Shown: piece by piece, positions 8,980-17,631 of the stretch | Layout of the letters: every line of letters starts with the position of its first letter | Position numbering within the stretch: position 1 is the first letter of the stretch | Assembly: GCA_002344125.1 (NCBI GenBank) | Contig: DDTQ01000012.1 | Span: 424,763 to 488,762, forward strand | Origin: Ignavibacteria bacterium UBA2360 | GTDB taxonomy: Bacteria; Bacteroidota; Ignavibacteria; Tepidaquicellales; OLB5 | Direction: 5' to 3' | Length of the DNA: 64,000 nucleotides | Position numbers and translations under genes: made by a program | The notes under the pieces: generated by a model | What the model saw: the letters and a program-made list of their open reading frames with translations, nothing else | What the model was told of the DNA's origin: nothing | Database searches by the model: none

Positions 8980-9447
8980 ATGGTAAAAAAACAATTTGTT
9001 ATTTACGCCCTTTTTTTTATGCTGCTTCATTCTGATCTTTTTTCGCAAACTGTATGCGGGATCAATGTATCTGATCCCAATGATACCACAGGCTACGTTT
9101 TCAATAATTCTCTTGATGCCATAGGTACTGAGTTCTATCTGAAAAATGACGCAGGTCTTTTCGATAGGGTTCTTCTTAATAAAGGCCTTGGTTACATCTG
9201 CACTATAAATCACCCGACGGCAAACCGTTTTGTTGAAATATACGATAGTGTTGTTCAGGTTTTTGGATATGAAAATGAGATCAAAGATCTCGTTCCGAAA
9301 AATGCTGTGGAAGATGACATTACTGAACTTGCAATGCTGATCTTTGAAGGCAAGGCTGAGATCCTAAGGTATTGGTACGAAAAAAATTTCAACGTTAAAC
9401 TGCAATTCACACAAAAAAACCTCGAACTATACATATCATATTTCTAA
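8980..9447 (+). CDS. Secreted hypothetical protein (possibly prophage cargo)
   Basis: 155 aa with an N-terminal signal-like segment FVIYALFFMLLHSDLFSQ; starts 10 nt after the repressor. Confidence 0.4.
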   Translation: MVKKQFVIYALFFMLLHSDLFSQTVCGINVSDPNDTTGYVFNNSLDAIGTEFYLKNDAGLFDRVLLNKGLGYICTINHPTANRFVEIYDSVVQVFGYENEIKDLVPKNAVEDDITELAMLIFEGKAEILRYWYEKNFNVKLQFTQKNLELYISYF

Positions 9448-9610
9448 GTTATTGTTTTTTACTAATTAACCTTGTACTATTGGTTAACTAAAAATATGAT
9501 TTTTGATGTAATTATGGCTTTATTTTTATGTTTCTGCCATGTATAATTGATGTAAATAATTACTGGATTTACGCTGATTAGACACTACTTTAACAAAGTA
9601 ATTAAAAAAT

Positions 9611-10318
9611 ATGAAACCCCAGTTTGAACATCCCGTTTGTGATGAATGCCGCTCAAGGCTAGGAAATGTTTTCTGCTCTCTTACCGCTTCGCAGGTTAAC
9701 GAAATGGATTCCGAAAAGAATTGCAGTATTTATAAAAAAGGTCAGATCATTTTTAATGAAGGAAATAAACCTGCAGGGGTTTATTGCGTTAACAAAGGCA
9801 AAATAAAAATTTACCAAACCGGAGAAGAAGGAAAAGAACAGATATTAAGGCTGGTTAAAGAAGGTGATGTACTGGGTTACCGCTCTCTTATTAGCGGAGA
9901 AGCTTATTCAGGCACTGCTGCTGTTATGGAAGATGCCACTGTTTGCTTTATTCCTAAGAGAACATTCTTCGATTTTTTACACACCAACGCTGATCTATCC
10001 ACTCAAATGATGCAGCTTCTTTCCCACGATCTCAAAGAAGCCGAAAGCAGGCTTACAGGTCTTGCGCAAAAACCGGTCAGGGAAAGAATGGCAGAAGCCT
10101 TGCTTATGCTTCTTGAGTTCTACGGAACCGATAAAGAAGGCGCCATCAATGCTGTGATATCAAGAGAAGATATCGCCAACATTGTCGGCACTGCTACAGA
10201 AACAACCATAAGGATCCTTTCTGATTTTAAGAGTGAAAAACTTATTGACCTCATTGGTAAAAAGATAAAGGTAAATAACCACCAGGGATTGGTAAAAACT
10301 GCGCACATTTACGACTAA
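9611..10318 (+). CDS. Crp/Fnr family transcriptional regulator with an N-terminal Cys cluster (FNR-like)
   Basis: cNMP-type beta-barrel (GQIIFNEGNKPAGVYCVNKGKIKIY), C-terminal HTH (REDIANIVGTATETTIRILSDF), N-terminal C-x2-C-x8-C (CDECRSRLGNVFC). Confidence 0.85.
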   Translation: MKPQFEHPVCDECRSRLGNVFCSLTASQVNEMDSEKNCSIYKKGQIIFNEGNKPAGVYCVNKGKIKIYQTGEEGKEQILRLVKEGDVLGYRSLISGEAYSGTAAVMEDATVCFIPKRTFFDFLHTNADLSTQMMQLLSHDLKEAESRLTGLAQKPVRERMAEALLMLLEFYGTDKEGAINAVISREDIANIVGTATETTIRILSDFKSEKLIDLIGKKIKVNNHQGLVKTAHIYD

Positions 10319-10408
10319 AAGATCATCAGATAAGTAAATATTAGTTTTAACAATACTATACTACACACCTTAAATCATCTTTTCTAACTACATAAATCAT
10401 GTTTTTTC

Positions 10409-10422
10409 ATGATTCAAATCAT
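10409..10422. promoter_or_regulatory. FNR/CRP-type box ATGAT-TCAA-ATCAT
   Basis: Perfect inverted repeat 57 nt upstream of the second Crp/Fnr gene. Confidence 0.45.
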
Positions 10423-10478
10423 TGTAAAATGCATTGAAAAAGAGCTAATTTTGTTATGAAATTGAATTTTATAACAAA

Positions 10479-11144
10479 ATGGCAACCAACACTGGTTTAG
10501 AAGAGATCATAAAAAATTACGGAGAACTAACCCAGTTCATTTTTCATAAAAATGACGTTCTCTTTAAGGAAAACGATCAGCCTGCCGGCCTGTATTGTCT
10601 GGAATCCGGCAGCGTGAAAATATTCAAGGAAGAGCATGACCAGCAGGAAAGAATACTTCATCTGGCAACTGCCGGCGAGATCCTGGGTCTGCATTCAGTA
10701 GTCAACAATCATCCATACACAAATTCTGCGGCCGCAATTTCTGAAACCAGGGCCAGTTTTATTTCAGCAAGTGAGTTTATGAAGCTCATTAACTCAAATA
10801 ACACTTACAAGCTGCTGGTGATGAAGAGCCTCTGCTCCAGGATCGATTCCATGGAAGATCATATCGTTCGCATAAGCGAAAAAATGTCTGATGAAAGGTT
10901 TGCTGATACTCTGCTTGTTTTAGTAGAAAAGTACGGCGTTAATAAAACCAAAGATCTCAATATTCATCTTTCAATTGATGAACTTGCAAGCTACACATGT
11001 ACTTCCAAAAGTTACATGAAAAAGATCATAACTGAATTTACACACCGCGGACTTATCACTTTTTCAGGAGGTAATATAAAAATACTTAATCTGCCTCTTC
11101 TCAAAAGTACCGCTGTGGTGAATGTTAGACCGGCTGCACTGTAA
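10479..11144 (+). CDS. Crp/Fnr family transcriptional regulator (no Cys cluster)
   Basis: 221 aa; beta-barrel (NDVLFKENDQPAGLYCLESGSVKIF) and HTH (IDELASYTCTSKSYMKKIITEF). Confidence 0.85.
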   Translation: MATNTGLEEIIKNYGELTQFIFHKNDVLFKENDQPAGLYCLESGSVKIFKEEHDQQERILHLATAGEILGLHSVVNNHPYTNSAAAISETRASFISASEFMKLINSNNTYKLLVMKSLCSRIDSMEDHIVRISEKMSDERFADTLLVLVEKYGVNKTKDLNIHLSIDELASYTCTSKSYMKKIITEFTHRGLITFSGGNIKILNLPLLKSTAVVNVRPAAL

Positions 11145-11184
11145 GGTTAATAACCAATTTTTCATTTGTATTTCCTTTTCTATA

Positions 11185-11217
11185 AACTGCGCTAAAACCC
11201 AATGGCGCAGTTTTTTT
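11185..11217 (+). terminator. Rho-independent terminator
   Basis: AACTGCGC…GCGCAGTT stem followed by T7. Confidence 0.7.
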
Positions 11218-11440
11218 ATTCCTTTCTTTCAGAACTGATTAACCCTGGATTTTGTTTAATTTATAGAAGCTTCTGCTTATTTGTAACTCGATCTGCATGA
11301 TCAGTGCGATCGAATCAGAAAAATTTCATTATTATTTCCCTTCTTGCGAGGGGATGGAGCGAAGCAGGAGGGGGTAGTCCCTGTTCACTCAATAATGACT
11401 GTTTCCAAAGTGCAATATTTTAGCAATAAAACACTTTTTT

Positions 11441-11454
11441 TGAATGTTTATTCA
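11441..11454. promoter_or_regulatory. Variant palindromic box TGAAT-GTTT-ATTCA upstream of the 11507 operon
   Basis: Perfect 5-4-5 inverted repeat about 55 nt upstream of the ATG at 11507. Confidence 0.3.
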
Positions 11455-11506
11455 TATCTAAGTTAGTTATTTTTGTATCAGCAATTAACTTTAATACCTA
11501 TAGATC

Positions 11507-11791
11507 ATGTCAATACGAACAAAATTTTCCACGGAAGAAGCAAGATGGGCCGGAGAGCAGCTGGGTATCGACTGGAACGTTTATGATATCGAGCAGTTCC
11601 GGATGGGGCTGGAAGTGGAGTTAGAGCACGGTCTAACCGACCCTGTTACCAATATCACAAATGATGATCTTACAATGACAGCAAAAATTGCTCTTGCACA
11701 CCTGCGGGAGATCCCGGATTATTATACCAGGCTTAAAAAAATGGAAAGAGAAGCTCTTGCTGAACTCGAATTATTAAAGGCTGGTAAATAA
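11507..11791 (+). CDS. Conserved hypothetical protein (small, helical; …LEVELEHG… motif)
   Basis: 94-aa ORF, 17 nt upstream of the USP gene; likely co-transcribed with it. Confidence 0.5.
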   Translation: MSIRTKFSTEEARWAGEQLGIDWNVYDIEQFRMGLEVELEHGLTDPVTNITNDDLTMTAKIALAHLREIPDYYTRLKKMEREALAELELLKAGK

Positions 11792-11808
11792 ATAAATTCT
11801 AAAATTCT

Positions 11809-12684
11809 ATGACCATGAAAACAATACTCGTTCCCACAGATTTTTCTGAACCTTCTTACTACGGACTTGATGCCGCCGCTGAACTGGCAAAAAAAACAAG
11901 GGCTTCAATTCATATCTTCAATGCCTGCGAGGTCTCGAACTACTATTATGCCGCTGATCCGCTCGTTATGGCTCCGCCTGCCGCCATTATGATTGAAGGC
12001 ATCAATGAAAGTCTGCTGAAGGCGGCAAATAAGAAACTCGCCGCCCTAAAAAGCAGGGCTTCCTTAAAAGGATTGAAGGTCACAACGCATTGTGAAGTCA
12101 CTTCAAACATCCACGATGCGATAATTGCCTACGGCGATAAAATTAAATGTGATATCATTATTATGGGCTCTCATGGCGCAGGGAATATCCGGGAAGTGAT
12201 ACTCGGAAGCAACGCGGAACGAGTTGTTAGATTCTCCCTGAAACCCGTCATAGTTTTTCCGCTTAAGCCTGTTAAAGGACTCTTTAAAAAAATAGTGTTT
12301 GCGTCAGATTTTTCTCCTGAAGCTTACAGCGTGTTCCCGCTTGTTAAGGAAGTCGCGAAAATTAACTCTTCCGAGATCCACCTGCTTAAGATCAATACCA
12401 TGGATCAGTTTTCTAAAACTAAGGATGACAGGGAATTGCTCAGCGCTTTCAGCAAAAAATTCGGCGGTAAGTTTACAACTGCTGTGTATAACGACTACAT
12501 GAAAGAAGAAGGCATCCTGAACTATTCCCGGGAAGTGAAAGCCGATCTTATCGCTATTGGTACGCACGGCAAAAGGGGACTCCGCAGGTTCTTTTCCGAA
12601 GATGTATCTGAGGGGATTGTAAGGCTCTCTCATATACCCATACTCATCGTAAATTTGAAAAAGGCCGCCGGCAAAAAGAAATAA
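11809..12684 (+). CDS. Universal stress protein, tandem UspA domains
   Basis: Two halves, each with ILVPTDFS / IVFASDFS starts and GSHGAG / GTHGKRG nucleotide-binding-like motifs. Confidence 0.85.
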   Translation: MTMKTILVPTDFSEPSYYGLDAAAELAKKTRASIHIFNACEVSNYYYAADPLVMAPPAAIMIEGINESLLKAANKKLAALKSRASLKGLKVTTHCEVTSNIHDAIIAYGDKIKCDIIIMGSHGAGNIREVILGSNAERVVRFSLKPVIVFPLKPVKGLFKKIVFASDFSPEAYSVFPLVKEVAKINSSEIHLLKINTMDQFSKTKDDRELLSAFSKKFGGKFTTAVYNDYMKEEGILNYSREVKADLIAIGTHGKRGLRRFFSEDVSEGIVRLSHIPILIVNLKKAAGKKK

Positions 12685-12713
12685 CCGCAGCCGTACTAAG
12701 AGAGATTCATTTT

Positions 12714-12747
12714 AAAACCCGTAAATTTCAGAATTTACGGGTTTTTT
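12714..12747 (+). terminator. Rho-independent terminator
   Basis: AAAACCCGTAAAT-TTCAG-AATTTACGGGTTTTTT. Confidence 0.8.
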
Positions 12748-12749
12748 AT

Positions 12750-12763
12750 ATGATATATATCAT
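12750..12763. promoter_or_regulatory. FNR/CRP-type box ATGAT-ATAT-ATCAT
   Basis: Perfect palindrome just after the terminator and upstream of the ferredoxin gene. Confidence 0.45.
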
Positions 12764-12936
12764 ATTGAATATTGAGCAACATCATAGGAAACGCATGCGT
12801 TTAAATGCTATTTTTGAATAGAAAGAAACAGGATAAGTGGAATACGAGCACACTTTAAACCTTTACCATTTTACTCAAAAGTAAAAGTGCGTTGCTTTCC
12901 TGCTTCAGGCAGCGAACACGTTTAACAGATTCCAAT

Positions 12937-13287
12937 ATGGCAGTTCATATTACAGATGATTGTATCAATTGCAGTGCATGCGAGACCGAGTGCCCCGAGC
13001 ACGCAATAATGCCTAAGCTCAATAATCCGGCTTCTGCCGGCGGCGATGCCAAACGCCCTAAATTTCTGAATAACCTGTATATGGCAAAATACTACCAGTC
13101 TTTCGATCACTATTACGTAATCCCTTCTAAGTGCAGCGAGTGCAGCAACGTTTATTCTGAACCAAGGTGTAATGCAGTCTGTCCCGTTTCCTGCTGCATC
13201 ACTGGCACGGAAAAAGAAATGAAAGAGAGCATCAGCACTAAAGTCAAAATAGAGATAGTATCTTTAAACAAAATTTGCCTGAACTGA
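12937..13287 (+). CDS. 4Fe-4S dicluster ferredoxin-like protein
   Basis: CINCSACETECP plus C…C…CNAVCP motifs. I prefer the ATG at 12937 over the track's TTG at 12892. Confidence 0.8.
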   Translation: MAVHITDDCINCSACETECPEHAIMPKLNNPASAGGDAKRPKFLNNLYMAKYYQSFDHYYVIPSKCSECSNVYSEPRCNAVCPVSCCITGTEKEMKESISTKVKIEIVSLNKICLN

Positions 13288-13288
13288 C

Positions 13289-13816
13289 ATGAAAAATAAA
13301 GAAATATTCAGCCTTAAGGTTAAACAGTCAGAAAGCCCGATTAGCTTTTTCGAAGAAGAATACAGCAGAATGACGGATATGGCGGCTGCCCTTGATGAAC
13401 TTTACTGGGATATTGAAAAAGAAGGTATTAATACCCACGTGATAAAAACTATCAACGAAACCGTGAACGGTTTTTATAATGAGCTTAGCGCGCTGTTCAA
13501 AATGGAAGAAGACATTCTGTTCAAAGAATTGAAGCAGGCTATGCCCGAAAAAGGGCTTGCTGACGCGCTGATTAATGAAAACGCGAATATTTTACTGCTG
13601 TTTGATGCGCTCAAAAATATCTTTTCTGAAAACGATGAGATCAGGAAAGAAAAGGACCTGCTGCAGGCCGAAATGATAGCCCTGGCAGATCTTCTGCAGC
13701 GTGACGCTGTGAAGAAAAATAATATGCTTGTTCACGAAATAAACATTCTATTGCCTCGGCAAAAACTTGAAGAAATGCGAACTAAACTGAAAAACGGACA
13801 GTTTGTACATGCCTGA
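13289..13816 (+). CDS. Hypothetical helical protein (weak hemerythrin-like resemblance, metal ligands not evident)
   Basis: 175 aa; starts 1 nt after the ferredoxin stop; …MEEDILFKEL… resembles the hemerythrin HxxxEE..LFP segment but lacks the His. Confidence 0.35.
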   Translation: MKNKEIFSLKVKQSESPISFFEEEYSRMTDMAAALDELYWDIEKEGINTHVIKTINETVNGFYNELSALFKMEEDILFKELKQAMPEKGLADALINENANILLLFDALKNIFSENDEIRKEKDLLQAEMIALADLLQRDAVKKNNMLVHEINILLPRQKLEEMRTKLKNGQFVHA

Positions 13817-13891
13817 TAAAATTACCAGGAACCAATAATCAATAAACAGGTATAATTCTATAGAGAGAGTTCATTTAGTTAAATAAATATC

Positions 13892-14017
13892 ATGAAACAG
13901 GTTGTTAAATACGGCAGCCTCAGGATTTTAACAGAGCATCCCACTCAAATGCAGGAGGATGCTTTTAATTTTTTTATCAATTTCAATTTAACAAATAACA
14001 GGAGGGCGTTGTTATGA
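13892..14017 (+). CDS. Possible 41-aa small ORF overlapping the tonB start (ATGA)
   Basis: Own translation MKQVVKYGSLRILTEHPTQMQEDAFNFFINFNLTNNRRALL*; no homology evidence. Confidence 0.15.
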   Translation: MKQVVKYGSLRILTEHPTQMQEDAFNFFINFNLTNNRRALL

Positions 14018-14817
14018 GCGCTATTTTTACATTAGACAGTCTTCCTTCAAGCTTTACTGATGAGTTAAAGTTACCATATCGTAAATACCTGAAGAAAGGT
14101 CTGATCTATTCAATAATTCTGCATATTTGTGTAGTTGCGGCTTATGGCGGAGCGCACTATTATCAAATGTATAAGCAGGAACAGGAATCGAAAAATATTC
14201 AGCAGCGAATAATTAATGTCTCATTAACTGATCTTGAACCGCCGCCATCGGCTCTTGACGAAGAAACACCGCCGCCAAAAGTGGAAGAACTTACGGCTCC
14301 AACTAAAGACCTGGAGGCGTTAACACCGCAGCCGGTCGCGAAGGAAAAAGCTGATGTTGAGACCATTAAAACCCAGAAAGAACTCGAAGAAATTAAAACT
14401 CCCGTTTCCAGCACCGGTGATACGGGTAAATTCAATTATTCAGGGGTTGTTAAGATAGAAGATAAGAAGATAGAAGAGAAGATCATAAAAAAGGAAATTA
14501 CTGAAGAAAAGGAAAAAACTGTTTACCAGTCTTTTGAAGTGGAAAAAGCGCCCGAATGCGTGAATCTGCAGCAAGTCAGGTCCTCAATGGTTTATCCGCC
14601 GATGGCTATAGAAGCGCAAATAGAAGGCAAAGTAACAGTTAAAGTCCTTGTCGATCCTTCCGGAAACGTTATCAAGATAGGAAGTATCAGCGGACCCGAA
14701 GTATTCAGGGATGAGGTATCTTCAAAATCCATGCAGCTCCAGTTTACACCCGGCTTGCAGAACGGCAAACCGGTAAAAGTGTGGGTAACAGTTCCGTTTT
14801 CCTTCAAACTGAATTAA
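14014..14817 (+). CDS. tonB: Energy transducer TonB
   Basis: N-terminal TM, Pro/Glu-rich linker, C-terminal TonB domain YPPMAIEAQIEGKVTVKVLVDPSGNV; AGGAGG 8 nt upstream of the start. Confidence 0.8.
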   Translation: MSAIFTLDSLPSSFTDELKLPYRKYLKKGLIYSIILHICVVAAYGGAHYYQMYKQEQESKNIQQRIINVSLTDLEPPPSALDEETPPPKVEELTAPTKDLEALTPQPVAKEKADVETIKTQKELEEIKTPVSSTGDTGKFNYSGVVKIEDKKIEEKIIKKEITEEKEKTVYQSFEVEKAPECVNLQQVRSSMVYPPMAIEAQIEGKVTVKVLVDPSGNVIKIGSISGPEVFRDEVSSKSMQLQFTPGLQNGKPVKVWVTVPFSFKLN

Positions 14818-14912
14818 TGTAATTTCAGCAGCAAGATTAACCTCGATATTCCATCTATTCTCGTGCCCAAGCTTCCGCTTGGGCACGCTGTTTCTCGCTT
14901 CTGACCGCTTCT

Positions 14913-15119
14913 AAAATCCTCTCTTTGAAGGGGGAGGATCACTCCGGGTTTCATAATTACCGCAATTATACCCTAATCTCTTCTACCGCAAATCATCGAT
15001 GGGGATGTTCTATAATAACAAATGTTCAAACATCTTAAAATTATGTCGCACTGAGCGGAGTCGAAGTGCAAAGAAGCAATAATAACAAAAGACGACCCGC
15101 CGGATCGTCTCTACAAAAG
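14913..15119 (+). repeat. Roughly 200-nt conserved downstream element, copy A (carries a nested insertion at 15043..15069)
   Basis: Shares the blocks GATCACTNCGGG, TTCTACCGYAAATCATCGAKGGGGATGTTC and AAAAGAC…TCGTCTCTACAAA with 17632..17795. Confidence 0.6.
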
Positions 15120-15314
15120 TAATGTACTATATATAAACACAAAGCGGGATCCCTCCCGCCTTGTTGAATGGCTCAATGCCACCTTCATCCATCCTTACCG
15201 AGGAGCAGCCCTCAATAAGTACCGTTACAAAGATACTATTTGTACTTTATCCTAAAAATGACGGGTATCAATGTAAAATATGATTTTTGTCGTTATTGAT
15301 TTTTTTTTCCCGTT

Positions 15315-16052
15315 GTGATGATTATTTCCATGTGCTATATTCGTAAAATCACAATTTTATCTATGCAGGCAGCCATTGAAAAAAGGTCAAACTCAATTAA
15401 AGCCTCCGGCTTTAAAATTTCAGGTGCAAAGGTCTTTTACTTTCTGCTTATCCTGATATATACCTACTTTTCATATCTGCTGCTTAAGATCACTCTTCAA
15501 TATATACCTTATAACTCTGATGTCGCGTTCCTCCGCATTAAGCAGGATGTCATAAACATTCCATTCTACAAAATGGCTTTCTTTACTCACGTTTATACCG
15601 CTATGCTTGTTCTACCGGCGGGACTCACACAATTCTCTCTCTATATCAGGCGAAGCTTCCCGCAGATTCACAAATATACCGGATGGCTTTACGCAGCTGT
15701 GGTAATTCTGCTTGCGGGACCCTCGGGGCTTTATATGGGAATTTATGCGAACGGGGGATTAGTTTCACAAATCTCGTTTTGTCTTCTGGCTGTACTCTGG
15801 ATATATTTCACCGCAATGGCTATCGTCAAGGTCACCCGGCATGATTACAAAGCGCACAGGGAATTCCTCATTAGATCTTTCGCGTTGACACTTTCCGCCA
15901 TCACGCTTCGCGCATGGAAATACCTGCTGGTATTCCTGTTTGAACCAAGACCAATGGATGTCTATCAAATTGTAGCCTGGCTGGGGTGGATCCCCAATTT
16001 GATTATTGCGGAAATGCTGATAAGAAAATTTATAAAACTAAAAATAAAGTAA
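15315..16052 (+). CDS. Multi-pass membrane protein (DUF2306-like, tentative); start uncertain
   Basis: 245-aa ORF with about 6 hydrophobic segments. Confidence 0.4.
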   Translation: MMIISMCYIRKITILSMQAAIEKRSNSIKASGFKISGAKVFYFLLILIYTYFSYLLLKITLQYIPYNSDVAFLRIKQDVINIPFYKMAFFTHVYTAMLVLPAGLTQFSLYIRRSFPQIHKYTGWLYAAVVILLAGPSGLYMGIYANGGLVSQISFCLLAVLWIYFTAMAIVKVTRHDYKAHREFLIRSFALTLSAITLRAWKYLLVFLFEPRPMDVYQIVAWLGWIPNLIIAEMLIRKFIKLKIK

Positions 16053-16053
16053 T

Positions 16054-16980
16054 ATGAACTACCTGAATAAAATAGCCATGCTTTTGATGTTGATAGCCAT
16101 AATTGCTTGCGGTAAAAGATCAGAGCAGAACACTCAGCAGAAGGAAAACAACAGCACCGGAAGCACAACAGAGCAGCAAAACAATCCAAACAATCCAAAC
16201 AATGACCCCGCGCCTGTAACCAAGACCGATAAACTGCCCGTCATAGGATCATACACCGGCGGTTTCACCGCCTCAGTGTATGATAATTCAAAAAACTATG
16301 TTTACGAAAACCGTATAACCGTATTTATCGATTCACTTGCAGGTGATATGATGTACGGCCGCAGCGTGGTTGCGGGAAATAACAGGCAGTTCAAAGGTAA
16401 GTTCACCAAAGAAGGCTCAAATTATAAAGCTGAGGTAACTGAACCCGGCGATGATAAATATGACGGTAAGTTTACTTTTACCGTTAAGATCGATGAAGCT
16501 AATACCAATGAGATCTATATGGAAGGCAAGTGGCAGGCAAATGATAAAAAACTTGACGTGACTGAAAGAACTTACAATCTTTACAAAAAGGATTTTGCTT
16601 ACGATCCGCAGCATTCGCTGCCTGAAAATGTTCAGTGGGCTGAGCTGTATGGATCTGATCCCAAATTTCCCGATAGAATTGAATCGCTTACTGCAGAAGT
16701 CACAAAATATAACGGATCAACTACCGAACTAAAGAAAGAAGACCTGCAAAATCTGTATAAAGGAGATCTTGAAATTATCCGAAACGCAATTTACGCCCGT
16801 CATGGCTATTCATTTAAGAATCGAAGGGTCAGGTTCATTTTCGATCAGTTCGTTCCGTGGTACATGCCTGTATCAACAGATGTAAGGGGGCAGCTCACCG
16901 ATCTTGAAAAGAAAAACATTGATCTCATTAAACGATTCGAAGAACATGCCGAAAAGTACTACGATGAATACGGAAGATGA
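16054..16980 (+). CDS. YARHG domain lipoprotein
   Basis: Lipobox LIAIIACG; C-terminal IRNAIYARHGYSFKN motif. Confidence 0.7.
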   Translation: MNYLNKIAMLLMLIAIIACGKRSEQNTQQKENNSTGSTTEQQNNPNNPNNDPAPVTKTDKLPVIGSYTGGFTASVYDNSKNYVYENRITVFIDSLAGDMMYGRSVVAGNNRQFKGKFTKEGSNYKAEVTEPGDDKYDGKFTFTVKIDEANTNEIYMEGKWQANDKKLDVTERTYNLYKKDFAYDPQHSLPENVQWAELYGSDPKFPDRIESLTAEVTKYNGSTTELKKEDLQNLYKGDLEIIRNAIYARHGYSFKNRRVRFIFDQFVPWYMPVSTDVRGQLTDLEKKNIDLIKRFEEHAEKYYDEYGR

Positions 16981-16984
16981 AAAT

Positions 16985-17054
16985 AATGTGCAATGTGCAA
17001 TGAGCAATGAGCAATGAGCAATGAGCTATGAGCTATAAACAATGAAAAATGAAT
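16985..17054 (+). repeat. 7-nt-period microsatellite, 10 units (AATGTGC x2, AATGAGC x4, TATGAGC, TATAAAC, AATGAAA, AATGAAT)
   Basis: Counted base by base; begins 5 nt after the stop at 16978..16980. Confidence 0.9.
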
Positions 17055-17069
17055 CATTCTATATAACTT

Positions 17070-17107
17070 TGCGAGGAGCGAAAGCGACGAAGCAATCTCA
17101 TAAATTT
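17070..17107 (+). repeat. Copy of the …GCGACGAAGCAATCTCA… repeat family (second copy at 61266..61350)
   Basis: Shared core CGAAGCAATCTCAT. Confidence 0.5.
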
Positions 17108-17117
17108 ATTTTAAATC

Positions 17118-17615
17118 ATGAAAAATCTAATACTAATCCCATTTCTGGCGCTTGCACTGACAGGTGCCATCTGTTCAAAGAGCGATAACACAACATCCGA
17201 TAGCGATCTTAAAAAGAAAGAGCTTGAGCTCAAAGAAAAAGAACTCCAGCTTAAAGAAAAAGAGCTCGAAATGCAGAAACGTTCCGAAGGCTCCTCAAAC
17301 ACGAACGAGAACACTGACGGAAATTCCTCAGCCGGCAACTCCAGCATTTATCCTCAAGCCTCCGAAAGGCTGCTCACAAGTGATGATGTAAGCAATCTAA
17401 CGGCTTGGGAGCTTAAAATTATGCGTAATGAAATTTTCGCAAGGCACGGCTATATTTTCAAAAAAGAAGAAATGCGCAATTATTTTTTGTATGAAAAATG
17501 GTATGTTCCAAGGTTTGAGAATGTTGACGGAATGCTGAGCGATGTTGAAAAGAAAAATATCGAACTCATAAAGAGATACGAAAGCCGCCTCGGTAACAAC
17601 GATTACAGCAGGTAG
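17118..17615 (+). CDS. YARHG domain protein (secreted; coiled-coil KKKELELKEKELQLKEKELE)
   Basis: Signal peptide; MRNEIFARHGYIFKK motif. Confidence 0.7.
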   Translation: MKNLILIPFLALALTGAICSKSDNTTSDSDLKKKELELKEKELQLKEKELEMQKRSEGSSNTNENTDGNSSAGNSSIYPQASERLLTSDDVSNLTAWELKIMRNEIFARHGYIFKKEEMRNYFLYEKWYVPRFENVDGMLSDVEKKNIELIKRYESRLGNNDYSR

Positions 17616-17631
17616 GTATGTTTGTATTCAT

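Larger units (their letters stand above)
1..9447. mobile_element. Partial prophage or phage-like island (tail-proximal genes, head morphogenesis and packaging module, CI-type repressor); runs off the left window edge
   Basis: Contiguous minus-strand block terS-terL-portal-scaffold-capsid-small structural ORFs-tail tube candidate, flanked by a divergent S24 repressor. No integrase or att site is recognisable inside the window. Confidence 0.7.

Noticed and set aside
9448-9610. Prophage attachment site or boundary at the right end of the phage block
   Set aside because: No direct repeat, tRNA or integrase was found here. The boundary cannot be placed from this window alone.
12892-12936. TTG-initiated N-terminal extension of the ferredoxin ORF
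   Set aside because: The extension (MLSCFRQRTRLTDSN) is not ferredoxin-like. The ATG at 12937 gives the canonical MAVHITDDCINC start.
16985-17054. Heptamer arrays as coding low-complexity sequence or as TRAP/HutP-type protein-binding sites
   Set aside because: A 7-nt period cannot be in-frame coding. A specific GAG/UAG-repeat binding site is unlikely because the repeated word differs completely between loci. Only the period and position are shared, which is kept as a finding.
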